Positions 29,658 through 39,409 of a stretch of DNA of 64,000 nucleotides are shown in pieces. Origin of the DNA: an uncultured Bryobacterales bacterium (GTDB taxonomy: Bacteria; Acidobacteriota; Terriglobia; Bryobacterales; UBA6623); contig OX638379.1 of NCBI GenBank assembly GCA_951813605.1, positions 684,830-748,829 of the forward strand, in the 5' to 3' direction. Positions within the stretch are counted from its first letter, which is position 1. Each line of letters begins with the position of its first letter. The notes beneath the pieces are model-generated. The model saw only the letters and a list, made by a program, of their open reading frames with translations, was not told where the DNA came from and searched no databases. Made by a program: the position numbers and the translations under genes.

Positions 29658-31982
29658 ATGCGCTATATGCGCTGGCTGACCTCAATTATCCTGCTCCTCG
29701 GGTTCTTCGGCTGCGATCGGATCGGAGATCAGGTTCATGCACTTCGTGAGGAATCCGTCAAGCGCCTGGCTCAGATCGAGGGCGCCATCTCGATTGACGG
29801 ACTCGAGAAACCGGTGGAAATCCTACGTGATCGCTGGGGCGTTGCCCACATTTACGCCGAGACCGTTCGAGACCTCTTTTTCGCGCAAGGCTTCGTAGCC
29901 GCCCAGGACCGCCTCTACCAAATCGAGATCTGGCGGCGAACCGGAGCCGGGGAACTCGCCGAGATTCTCGGTCCGGAATACGTTTCCCGCGACCGCATCG
30001 CCCGCTTGGTGCGCTATCGCGGCGACATGGAGGCCGAATGGGCCAGCTATTCGCCTCGCTCGCGGGAGATTGCCGAAGCCTTCACCTCCGGCATCAACGC
30101 CTATATTGAACGGAATCGCGCCAACCTTCCGATCGAATTCCACTTGCTGGGATTTGAGCCGGGAGTTTGGAAACCGGAGCATGTGCTGCTCCGTGTCGCC
30201 GGGCTGCTGATGGTGCGTAACATCAGCCAGGAAATCGCTCGCGCGAAGATGGTCGCCCAACTCGGAATCGACGCGACCCAGCGTTGGTATCCGACGGATC
30301 CCGAACGCGACCTGCGACCCGACCCGGAGGTCGATCTGGCCGGCATCGACGACCGTGTCACGAGTGAGTACCGCAGGGCTGTGTCGATTCCGGTCCTTCG
30401 AGAGCAGGACGGATCGAACAACTGGGTTGTCGATGCGAACTTGAGTGCCACGGGTTCGCCGTTGCTGGCGAGCGACCCGCACAGGCCGGTCATTCTGCCC
30501 TCGCTTCGGTACCTAGTGCACCTGAGCGGTCCAGGCTGGAATGTGATCGGATCTGGCGAGCCCGCCCTGCCCGGCGTCGCGATAGGGCATAACGAGCGCG
30601 TCGGTTGGGGCTTCACCATTGTGCAGTACGACCTCGCAGACCTTTTCGTCGAGAGAACCAACCCCGAGAACAGCAATCAGTACTTGTTCCAAGGAGAGTG
30701 GCTCGAAATGGAGATCGAGCGCGAAGAAGTCCGGGTCAAGGGCCAAAGCCAGCCGACGCTCGTCCAGCTTGCGTTCACGCGGAACGGACCGGTGATCTGG
30801 GAGGACCCCGACAACGACCGGGTGATCGCGCTGCGCTGGGCAGGCCAGGAACCCGGCACAGCGGGCTATCTCGGCAGCTTGGCGCTTGACCAGGTTCAGG
30901 ACTGGAACGGGTTCGTCGAAGCGATGCGGGCTTGGAAGGTTCCCGCCGAGAACATCGTCTACGCGGATGTGGACGGCAACATTGGCTGGGTCGCGGCAGG
31001 CCTAATGCCCGTGCGGGACGGTTGGTCCGGACTGTTGCCGGTTTCCGGACATACGGGGCGCTACCGGTGGCGGGAGTTCCTCGATGTAGAGGATCTCCCG
31101 CAGCTCAAGAACCCCGCGAGCGGCTATATCGCGACAGCGAACCAGAACATACTCCCCAACGGATACACTCGCGATCTCGGTTTCGATTGGTCGGCCCCGT
31201 ACCGCTTCGAGCGTGTCGATGAGGTTCTCGCACGCGGCGGAAAGTTCGGGATCGAGGACTTCAAGGCGCTTCAGCACGACGTGACGTCCATTCCGGCCCG
31301 CCATCTGGTGGCGATGCTGCGGGAATCGTCCGACGGCGCATCCGAGGCGGAGTCGCTCTTCGACGGCTGGAATTTTGTTCTGGATGCCGATTCGAACGCC
31401 GCGGCGCTTTTCGAGGCTTGGGTGAGGCGGCTCCCGGCGATGTATGTCGACTCCGAGGCGCCGCCGGACGCGCGCCAGCTGATCGGGCGCTATCTTCAGC
31501 TTCCCAACCTCATCGCCGGGCTTCGCGCTGCTCCTGAGGCGCAGCGGGGTCGGATCATGGCCGAGTCTCTCGACGAGGCGTTCGCCGTACTCAAGTCGAC
31601 ACTTGGCGCGGACTCGGCCGCGTGGCGCTGGGGGGACCTGCACCAAATCAGCTTCCGGCATCCGCTAGCGAACAACCCCGCGAGGCGAGCGGTGCTGGAT
31701 CTAGGCCCTGTCCGTCGCGGAGGCGACGGATTCACGCCCAACGCCACGCGCGGACCGGGGTACTCCCAGTCCAGCGGCGCCTCTTACCGCCACATCCTCG
31801 ACTTGGCCGACTGGGATCGCTCGGTATTCACCAGTGCGCCGGGGCAATCGGGCCAACCGGGGAGCCCGCATTATGACGATCTATTGACCATGTGGGCCGA
31901 TGGCAGCTACGCCCCGCTCGCATTTAGCCGTGCGGCGGTCGAAGAAAACACCGCCCATCGACTCGTGCTCCAGCCCCAGTAG
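29658..31982 (+). CDS. Penicillin acylase family Ntn-hydrolase (probable lipoprotein)
   Basis: RDRWGVAHIYA, AQDRLYQ, GSNNW, LASDPH, ATANQ, GQSG.PGSPHY; FFGC lipobox-like motif. Confidence 0.93.
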   Translation: MRYMRWLTSIILLLGFFGCDRIGDQVHALREESVKRLAQIEGAISIDGLEKPVEILRDRWGVAHIYAETVRDLFFAQGFVAAQDRLYQIEIWRRTGAGELAEILGPEYVSRDRIARLVRYRGDMEAEWASYSPRSREIAEAFTSGINAYIERNRANLPIEFHLLGFEPGVWKPEHVLLRVAGLLMVRNISQEIARAKMVAQLGIDATQRWYPTDPERDLRPDPEVDLAGIDDRVTSEYRRAVSIPVLREQDGSNNWVVDANLSATGSPLLASDPHRPVILPSLRYLVHLSGPGWNVIGSGEPALPGVAIGHNERVGWGFTIVQYDLADLFVERTNPENSNQYLFQGEWLEMEIEREEVRVKGQSQPTLVQLAFTRNGPVIWEDPDNDRVIALRWAGQEPGTAGYLGSLALDQVQDWNGFVEAMRAWKVPAENIVYADVDGNIGWVAAGLMPVRDGWSGLLPVSGHTGRYRWREFLDVEDLPQLKNPASGYIATANQNILPNGYTRDLGFDWSAPYRFERVDEVLARGGKFGIEDFKALQHDVTSIPARHLVAMLRESSDGASEAESLFDGWNFVLDADSNAAALFEAWVRRLPAMYVDSEAPPDARQLIGRYLQLPNLIAGLRAAPEAQRGRIMAESLDEAFAVLKSTLGADSAAWRWGDLHQISFRHPLANNPARRAVLDLGPVRRGGDGFTPNATRGPGYSQSSGASYRHILDLADWDRSVFTSAPGQSGQPGSPHYDDLLTMWADGSYAPLAFSRAAVEENTAHRLVLQPQ

Positions 31983-32230
31983 GCAGTCGTTCCCGGCGAC
32001 TTGCAGCCTTTCACGGAGTGTCGACCAAGTACCGATCGCCGTTGCGCGCGAATAAGGAGACCGATAGCTGAGTACTCGAACTTCGATCGTCTGATTGGGG
32101 CCAGTTGTATCGTTTAGTCTGGCCAAGGAGTAGATCCACACGGCGCAATGGCAGGGATATCCGAGCATCGATCGATTTAGACGGGACGCGCCCACCCTCC
32201 GCGGACTGTCTTCGGTACCTTGGGTCATCT

Positions 32231-33376
32231 ATGCAAGTACACCGCGTTGCTTTTCGTTGCCTCTTTTTGCCGCTCTTGGTCTTCGACGGTACCGGACGCG
32301 CGCAGACCGTCGACCCGCTAGCCGAGATTTACTCGGTCGAGGCAAAGCCGGCGGTCGAATCACTCATTGACGAGTTTCGCGGGCAGCGCCGGTACAAGGC
32401 GGCGGACTTCCCGCTTACCCCTGAGCGATTCCGTCAATTCAAGCAGGAAGTTGTCTCGGAATTCGTCCGGGCGCTGCAGCTCGAAGATTGGGTCGTGCGG
32501 TCAGGCGGCGACAAGCGGAGCCCGATTCGACGCCTTTTTCGAGACCGCGTCGTTAGACGCTTCAACCATGCGGGAGTCGAGATGGAAGCCCATGTAGTCG
32601 AGCTTTTGAAGACCGGCGACCGGATCCCCGTCGTGCTTTGCCTGCCGCCAGGTCAGGAGAATCATCCTGCGGTGGCAGCGTTTCCGGGTCACGGCGAACA
32701 CCCGTTGCATGACCTTGTCTTCGGCGAAGAAAGCTACCAAAGGGCGATTGCCGCCCGCCTCGCTCGCGCCGGCTTCGCGTCGGTCGCCGTGGAGAAGGTC
32801 GATAGCGGCTACATGTCCCGGCACGGCTCGGCAGGAGTCGACGAGAAAGAGATTGCGGGTTTCCGTCTGGCAATGGGGTCTCCCATTCGTGCCGTTCAAC
32901 TGATGGCGAACCTAGCCGCGGTCGAAATCCTTGCTGCCCATCCGCGTGTAGATCAGAGCCGGATTGGTGCGACTGGTGTCTCCTTGGGAGGATGGCTTGC
33001 AATACAAACAGCCCTGCTCAACGATCGCATCCGCGCAGTAGCCGAGTACGGTACGAAGACCGTGTATCTCCCGGATGAAACCGAAGCAGCCGAATTCACC
33101 GGGATCGGTGATCTTTGCCACGTCATTCCGGAGACATTTCGACTGGGTGACCGCAACCTCCTACTGATTCCGTTCGCTCCGGCACCACTGCTCTCGGGTC
33201 ACGGAGGCCCCACCGACAGATCCTCGCACGGCCAATTCGAACGCTACTACAGAACCGTCTACGAATCCCAGTACCGCGCGCTGGGCGAACCGCAGAACTT
33301 TCGGTACCACATCCACGATGGCGGCCATGCGACGCACGCGCCGACGGTCATCGCGTTCTTCGAGGAGATGCTCTGA
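32231..33376 (+). CDS. Alpha/beta hydrolase (dienelactone hydrolase/esterase-like), exported
   Basis: PGHG, RIGATGVSLGG nucleophile elbow, HDGGH. Confidence 0.82.
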   Translation: MQVHRVAFRCLFLPLLVFDGTGRAQTVDPLAEIYSVEAKPAVESLIDEFRGQRRYKAADFPLTPERFRQFKQEVVSEFVRALQLEDWVVRSGGDKRSPIRRLFRDRVVRRFNHAGVEMEAHVVELLKTGDRIPVVLCLPPGQENHPAVAAFPGHGEHPLHDLVFGEESYQRAIAARLARAGFASVAVEKVDSGYMSRHGSAGVDEKEIAGFRLAMGSPIRAVQLMANLAAVEILAAHPRVDQSRIGATGVSLGGWLAIQTALLNDRIRAVAEYGTKTVYLPDETEAAEFTGIGDLCHVIPETFRLGDRNLLLIPFAPAPLLSGHGGPTDRSSHGQFERYYRTVYESQYRALGEPQNFRYHIHDGGHATHAPTVIAFFEEML

Positions 33377-33557
33377 AAGTGCGGTGGAACGCAGCGAGGC
33401 GCTTTCCGCTCCGCATTCAAACGTCCTGTGCCTGATCGGCATCAATCACGAGAGGCTGGCGCATTGTCCCGTGTCTGACTTGTCTCTCACGTAGAGGCGA
33501 GGCTTGCCCTGCAATAATGCGGGGTGGAACGTGCGCGACGAGACGCGCGGATTGACA

Positions 33558-35909
33558 ATGCGCGTTCGAATTGCACTCGCTCGTCTCAGGCGACATCCTA
33601 GCGCCTCGGCGGTCATTGCGATCAGCTTGGCTCTTGGCATCGCGGCAAACACATTGATGTTCAGCGCATATCGCGCGTTTCTCAATCCCAAGCACTTTGT
33701 TGACATTAACCGGCAATTCAGAGTCTTTGAATCAGAACGCGGGCAACTCAGCAGCGTGTCCGCCCCGAACTATCGCGAGATAAGACAGCGACAGCGGTCT
33801 CTCGGGGCGCTTGCTGCATTTGCCGAGCGAGTCTTCAATATTTCCGGCGGCTCGCACCAGCCAGAGCTAATCGATGGCGTCCTCATGACACAAGACCTAT
33901 TTCGGGTGCTTGGAGTCCAGCCCGTGATGGGCAGAGCCTTCGCAGAGGAAGAACTCCATAGTGGTGGACCGGGTGCTGTCGTTGTTTCTCATACCTTTTG
34001 GCAGTCGCGATTTGCCGGTCGGAGTGACGCGCTCGGCCAATCAGTGGCGGTCGACGGCGACTTGCGTGAAATAGTCGGCGTCATGCCGCGCGGGTTTCAC
34101 TTCGCGTGGTCCGCTGACGTATGGGTCCCTTGGACAAGCCCCGATACAGACAATCAGCGCCTCCGCAATCTCCGCGTAATCGGCCGATTGTCGCCAAACT
34201 CCACGGTTCAGGGTGCCGAGGCCGAACTCAGCGAGATTGTGGCGCGAGCCGAAAGCCAGCGGAGCATCTCGTTGATGCCCTTAGAAGAGACATTGAGCGG
34301 CGGGGGCGCAATGAGGGGAAGCATCGAGCTAGTCCTGCTCGCTTCCGCGTTCGTATTGCTGATTGCCGGTCTCAATGTCAGTAGTCTCCACTCTGTCGAT
34401 GCTCTATCGAGACAACGCGACACCGCGACCCGCATTGCCCTCGGAGCGTCGAGGACGGAGGTGGTCCGACATTTTCTGACCGAAAGCGTCGTTGTGGCGA
34501 TGGCAGGCGGGGTGCTTGGCGTCGCAGGTGCCTACTGGGGGATCACGTACATCACGATGAAGCTCGCATCGGATATTCCCTACTGGATGGAAATCCGGCT
34601 TGATGGGCCAGGTCTCCTGTATTCCTTCGTTCTGTCCGTGTTCGCGGGCATCGTTTCGGGCCTGCATCCAGCGCTGCAGGCCTCTCGCACGCCCCACCGT
34701 GCGCTCCAAGAGGGCCCAACAGGTAGCCGCAGGACCGCGAACTTGGTGAGGCTCCTCGTCTTGGGCCAAGTCGCCGCTGCCGTTGTGTTGCTTTTTGGAA
34801 CCAAGGCGGCGATCGATGCGATTCAAACTCTAGAGACTCGAGACCTTGGATACCACCTCGATGGCAAGCTGACGGTTTCCGTTCCACTGTTGTCTGACAG
34901 GTACGCTGCCGATGAGTTCAAGCAGCACGCGACGAGCCAAATACTCGAGAGATCGCGTGCCTTGCCTGGTGTCAAACGAGTCGCAGCTGTGAGTCCAATG
35001 CCGCTGAGAGACTCTTGGCGGACGATCTCCCTGCGCCTTCCTGGTGGGCATTTGGGCTCGTCGGACGCCGAACGGGTTTCAGCGCTCGATTATGCGTGCA
35101 CGTCGGAATATTTTGCTGTCATGGGTATTTCGTTGCTCGCGGGAGAGGCGTTTCGGGGACCGGGGCCTTCAACCTTCCGTCGAGAAATCATCCTCAATCG
35201 AACTCTGTCGCGTCTCGTGTCGGGGAACGATCCGTCCGAAGCGATAGGGAGAATCATTCCAATCTCTGACGCACCCCACCGAGTCATCGGAGTTGTCGAG
35301 GACTCATATCACACGCATACAGCCTCCACACCGACTCCTGCCATCTATCGAACGCTGGCAGCCGTGCCCAGACAGCGCTTTTCGATCATCTTGGCATCCG
35401 ACACACCGGCTGAAGCTCTCCAAGTTCCAGTGCGGGAGGTCATCGGAGAGTTCGATGCAGCCCTTGCCGTTTCAGACGTCTCCACGATGCAAGCCTTGCT
35501 TGCTGAGTCGCTCTCGAAATTCCGAGCGACCACGTACATGCTGGGTGCCGTGTCCCTGCTTGCTCTCGTCTTGGCTTTAACAGGGATTTATGGAATTGCC
35601 GCGGCCTCAGTCGCTTGGCGCGCTCGTGAACTTGCGATTCGGCGCGCTCTCGGGAGCTCGAATGCGGATGTAATCGCCTTGGTCTTGGGGCAGGTGGCGC
35701 GATTGACTTTGATCGGCTTGCTCTTGGGAACGGCCTTTTCCTATCCATTGATAGGCCTGCTAAAGAGTGCGCTGTATGGTGTCGAAGAGTTTCCGTTCAC
35801 GTCCCATGTCGCCGTCTGGCTGTCTGTTGGGGCGACTAGTCTTCTGACCGCGTCAGTCCCGGTTCTAAGATCCGTGCGGGCCAAGCCCTTCGAGGTTCTC
35901 AGCGAGTAG
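33558..35909 (+). CDS. ADOP-type duplicated MacB/FtsX ABC permease
   Basis: LALGIAANT, IVGVMP.GF, RIALGASR, QVA.AVVLL, DLGY, RELAIRRALG. Confidence 0.9.
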   Translation: MRVRIALARLRRHPSASAVIAISLALGIAANTLMFSAYRAFLNPKHFVDINRQFRVFESERGQLSSVSAPNYREIRQRQRSLGALAAFAERVFNISGGSHQPELIDGVLMTQDLFRVLGVQPVMGRAFAEEELHSGGPGAVVVSHTFWQSRFAGRSDALGQSVAVDGDLREIVGVMPRGFHFAWSADVWVPWTSPDTDNQRLRNLRVIGRLSPNSTVQGAEAELSEIVARAESQRSISLMPLEETLSGGGAMRGSIELVLLASAFVLLIAGLNVSSLHSVDALSRQRDTATRIALGASRTEVVRHFLTESVVVAMAGGVLGVAGAYWGITYITMKLASDIPYWMEIRLDGPGLLYSFVLSVFAGIVSGLHPALQASRTPHRALQEGPTGSRRTANLVRLLVLGQVAAAVVLLFGTKAAIDAIQTLETRDLGYHLDGKLTVSVPLLSDRYAADEFKQHATSQILERSRALPGVKRVAAVSPMPLRDSWRTISLRLPGGHLGSSDAERVSALDYACTSEYFAVMGISLLAGEAFRGPGPSTFRREIILNRTLSRLVSGNDPSEAIGRIIPISDAPHRVIGVVEDSYHTHTASTPTPAIYRTLAAVPRQRFSIILASDTPAEALQVPVREVIGEFDAALAVSDVSTMQALLAESLSKFRATTYMLGAVSLLALVLALTGIYGIAAASVAWRARELAIRRALGSSNADVIALVLGQVARLTLIGLLLGTAFSYPLIGLLKSALYGVEEFPFTSHVAVWLSVGATSLLTASVPVLRSVRAKPFEVLSE

Positions 35910-36311
35910 GAAGGCACCCGTGGAATGCTAGCCCGCCCGCAGGTGCAAACCCGAACGCCCGCAACGGGTCCGGCAAGTCAAGAACGCCCTTTGGTTGACG
36001 TCGAATGCTTTGCGAGCCGAAGGTGCCTTATGGCACTCACATCATCTTTGTGCCAATGGAAGAGCTGGCGAGGGACTTGGCGGAATCAGTTAGGGAATCG
36101 GCCTCAGCGCATGGACTGATGCTAGATTCTTCGTTTGACCCGAAGTCCGTATCGGGCGTGAACCTGAGATTAGGTTCTCATTGCAGATTAGCTTCAGCGC
36201 GAGACGTTCCTCTACTGCGAATCAGGATTGAAGGGATCCCATGCGATAACTTCGAATCATTTCGCTTGCCATTCTAGTCTCGTTGATTTCATTGAGTTCG
36301 GCTACCTTGGG

Positions 36312-36790
36312 CCGTGATTTGACAATTGCTAGATACGAAATCGCTCGGAAGTCTCGACACAGCCATCACTTACAAGCGAATTCCCGCTGCGTCCGACATA
36401 TCTAGGCCGCAATTGTGTCAGGTGATCTCCAGGATGGGTAGCGGAGCATCTATCCCGAGTTTTTTCAATCGCCTAGCGATTTTCGACGGTGGGTCGGTCA
36501 GTTGCCAGACTTCCCGATCTCCCCCGACAACAGCGCCAGCTGGATCCGCTTCGGATCGACCCAAGTGTTGCTCCGGCCGTCCCCGGGCGCCCGGTCCCGC
36601 AGCAGTGCCGGCACCGTGATTGTCACCTCGGCGTGGATCCGGTGCGGCGCCCAAAGATGCGCCGGCCGCAGCCTCAGGCAGCTCCTCAACGCCCGCCATG
36701 ACTGCTTCACCGTTTGCAGCTGCTTGTGCCCCAGCGCCATGTCCTCCCAGCTCAAGCTGTCGTCATTGCCCTGCGCGGCGAACTCCCCGT
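36312..36790 (-). mobile_element. Degenerate IS1634-family transposase 3' remnant with a probable terminal repeat
   Basis: NDDSLSWEDMALGHKQLQTVKQSWRALRSCLRLRPAHLWAPHRIHAEV resembles the Y..L..VE.AFR.LK..L..RP..H motif of the neighbouring transposase; frameshifted tail EVWQLTDP..LKKLGI; candidate end CCGTGATTTGACA at 36312. Confidence 0.7.
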
Positions 36791-37187
36791 CGCGGCGCTC
36801 TTTGCCGCCCTCGCCAGCCCCGTTCTGGCATCCGGCGCGCACTGAGTTCGCCCTCCAGTTCGGCAAGAGATTTCGGCTGGTGACGCCATGAGAACTCACC
36901 CGTACGGATATCATCGGCGCCGTAACCGTGGACGAGCAAATCAATATGCAACAACCTCACACACGGAAATTCTGACAGTCCCGCACCTCTTCGTAGCGCG
37001 CCGACGCCGGCGCTGCGGTCCCGCTCCGCCTGCTTCACCCCGCGCTGAACCCCGTTCCGCGAAATCCCACATTTCCGGGCGGCGTCTGGCACACTGCGAT
37101 CCCCGCGCTGCACTAGGCGGAACTTCATTCTCCCGAAAACGGACTAACTCGAAGCATCCAAAGCGGATAGCAGCAGATAGCTGGGGC

Positions 37188-38966
37188 TCAACCTGTCAGG
37201 TTACTGGCAACAAATCGCGCCGGGTCCACTCCCAGCAAGTCGAACGCCTTCTGCTGGACCGGCGTCGGTCGGGCGTGCAGCGGAAACGCGTGTTCCGGTG
37301 CCTCGGGCAGCGCCACCTCGTTCAGCGTCAGTGTCGCCAGATCCGCCAGCAGCGTCCGCAAGCTGTGCGCCGGCAGTCCCTCCGGCGTCCGCTTGCTGGT
37401 CGCCTTGGCCTGCGTGCTCTCCGACACCTGCGCCTTCTCCACCGGTGAGTCGCGCCGCTGCCGCGCCGCCTCCCGGTCCTGCTCCTCGAACAGCAGCGGC
37501 GCCAGCCGCCGTCGCAGGTGCCATTCCACGTAGTAGGCCAGCAAGCACACCAGCACGTGCCCGCGCACGTGGTCCTCGTTGCAGACATGCACCGGCCGCA
37601 CCTCCAGCTGCCCCGTCTTCAGCGAGCGGAAGGCCCGCTCCACCTGCGCCAGGCTCTTGTAGGCCTCCACCGTCTCGTCCGCCCCCAGCTGCTCGGCACC
37701 CAGGCTGGTCCGGATGATGTACACCCCGTCCAGCTGCGCCTCCGCCTCGATCCGCTCCTGCCGCCGCGACCAGCGGATCCGCTCGTCCTCCACCGCGACC
37801 AGAAAGTGCTTGGCCATCTTCTGGCGGCCCACATCGCGGCCCACCCGCCGGTTGATCGCTTCCCGCCCCCGCAGCCGCTTGCCTGGCCCCCGCACCGCCT
37901 TCGCGATCGTCTCCAGGGCCGCCTCCGTCGCCTGCAGCAGGGCCTCCCGCTTGCGCGCCCGCGCGGCCCGCAGGCGCGGGTTCAGGCACACCAGCAGGCG
38001 CTCGCCGGGATAGTCCGGGCTGCGGATCTCGGCCACCTGGTCGGCCACCAGCTCGCCCGGTAGCAGCGGGGCCGGCTCCTCCGGCTGCGGTGCGCGCAGC
38101 AGCGTGCGGATCGAGTCCGCCTTCAGGGCCGAGATCCAGCCCAGCCCGGCCGGTGCGAGATCCTCCCGCAGGCGCGCCGTGGTCAGCATGCCGCGGTCCC
38201 CCGCCAGCGCGACGGACTCCAGGCCGAAGCGCTTGCGGACCTTGGCCACCTGGGAGGCGACGGTGCGCGGGTCGCCGGTGTTGCCGGCGAACACCTCGAC
38301 GGCGACGGGGCAGCCGTCGGCGGCGCACAGCAGGCCGCACACGAGCTGCTGCTTGGAGGGCTTGCCGTCGCGGCTGTGGCCGAAGGCGGCCAGGGGGCAG
38401 CAGCGACCCTCCAGGTACGTCGAGCTGACGTCGTACAGCAGCAGGGTGGCGCCCTGCAGGTGGCGGCGGGCGAGGCTCTTCTCGATCCACTTCTGGCGGG
38501 CGAGCAGCCAGTCGAGCATGGCCAGCAGCTCGTTGCCATGGACGGAGCCGAGGCCGAGCAAGGGTCCGAGGCTGGAGGCGGCGGTGTCGGCGGAGAGGGA
38601 GCGGGCGGTGGCGAGCTTGGAAGCGGGTGCGAGGAGACGGGCGGCGAGGGCGGCGAGGGCGAGGTCGCGGAAGCGGGAGGGATGGCGGTGGAGGAGGCGT
38701 TCGAGGCCGAGCTGGCGGCAGAGGCCGAGGACGGCGGCGACATGGCCGTGGGGCAGCGAGCGACGGAGGGAGAAGGCCTTGGAGGGAGCGGAGACGACCA
38801 GGCCGCCGCGGAGCATGGCGCGGATGCCGTCGACGATTTCGGGGGGCAGTTTGGAGAGGTTGGCGAGGGTGACGCGGCGGATGCGCTTGCCTTCGCGCCA
38901 GGCCTGGCGGAAGAGGATGGCCGGGGGGCTGTTGCGGTTGGGGATGACGTCGACGTGGAAGGACAT
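37188..38966 (-). CDS. IS1634-family DDE transposase
   Basis: LYDVSSTYLEG, FGHSRDGK, GNT.D, GDRGM, YKSLAQVERAFRSLK, HV..C.LAY. Confidence 0.93.
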   Translation of the reverse strand: MSFHVDVIPNRNSPPAILFRQAWREGKRIRRVTLANLSKLPPEIVDGIRAMLRGGLVVSAPSKAFSLRRSLPHGHVAAVLGLCRQLGLERLLHRHPSRFRDLALAALAARLLAPASKLATARSLSADTAASSLGPLLGLGSVHGNELLAMLDWLLARQKWIEKSLARRHLQGATLLLYDVSSTYLEGRCCPLAAFGHSRDGKPSKQQLVCGLLCAADGCPVAVEVFAGNTGDPRTVASQVAKVRKRFGLESVALAGDRGMLTTARLREDLAPAGLGWISALKADSIRTLLRAPQPEEPAPLLPGELVADQVAEIRSPDYPGERLLVCLNPRLRAARARKREALLQATEAALETIAKAVRGPGKRLRGREAINRRVGRDVGRQKMAKHFLVAVEDERIRWSRRQERIEAEAQLDGVYIIRTSLGAEQLGADETVEAYKSLAQVERAFRSLKTGQLEVRPVHVCNEDHVRGHVLVCLLAYYVEWHLRRRLAPLLFEEQDREAARQRRDSPVEKAQVSESTQAKATSKRTPEGLPAHSLRTLLADLATLTLNEVALPEAPEHAFPLHARPTPVQQKAFDLLGVDPARFVASNLTG

Positions 38967-38980
38967 GAGGGCCGGCCCCT

Positions 38981-39063
38981 TACATGGCAACATAATACAT
39001 CAACAACAAATTGTTTGTCAAGTCTTTTTCAAATCCGGTAGCAGGGCAAATACATGGCAACAT
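38981..39063 (-). promoter_or_regulatory. Transposase promoter flanked by 13-bp direct repeats
   Basis: Minus-strand TTGACA (39021-39016)-N18-TATTAT (38997-38992); TACATGGCAACAT at 38981-38993 and 39051-39063. Confidence 0.65.
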
Positions 39064-39409
39064 CTTGCCAGTTGCGGGACCGGTCCGTCAGGCGACAAGG
39101 CACCTGATTTCAATAACTTGGGGAGATTGCTACGGCCTCAGGGGGGATGAAGTTCTGACTAGGTCTCTCACCTGTTCCCGCAACTCCTGCGCACAGGGCA
39201 TCCCATAGGCAGGTTGCCTCACCGCTTGGAGCCTACTTGCTCCCCGCGCTCTCCGACGCCCTGCCACTGCCTATCCGAGCTATCTCAAGTGTCCACAAGA
39301 ACGCGGCCACTCCGCCCACCGGAATGGAATGAGGTCGCCACGGCATTCGGAATCCCTGGCGTTTCCACAAAGCCGAATCGTGTCTACTTCGTCGTTCCAG
39401 CTGCGATAT

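Larger units (their letters stand above)
37113..39162 (-). mobile_element. IS1634-family insertion sequence, apparently intact
   Basis: Imperfect terminal inverted repeats ctaggcggaacttcattctccc (37113-37134) and ggggggatgaagttctgactag (39141-39162), 18/22 match; CTAG at both ends. Confidence 0.88.

Noticed and set aside
37201-39150. Long overlapping ORFs in the IS (429, 348, 221 and 186 aa)
   Set aside because: Low-complexity shadow frames caused by the extreme GC3 and skew of the transposase
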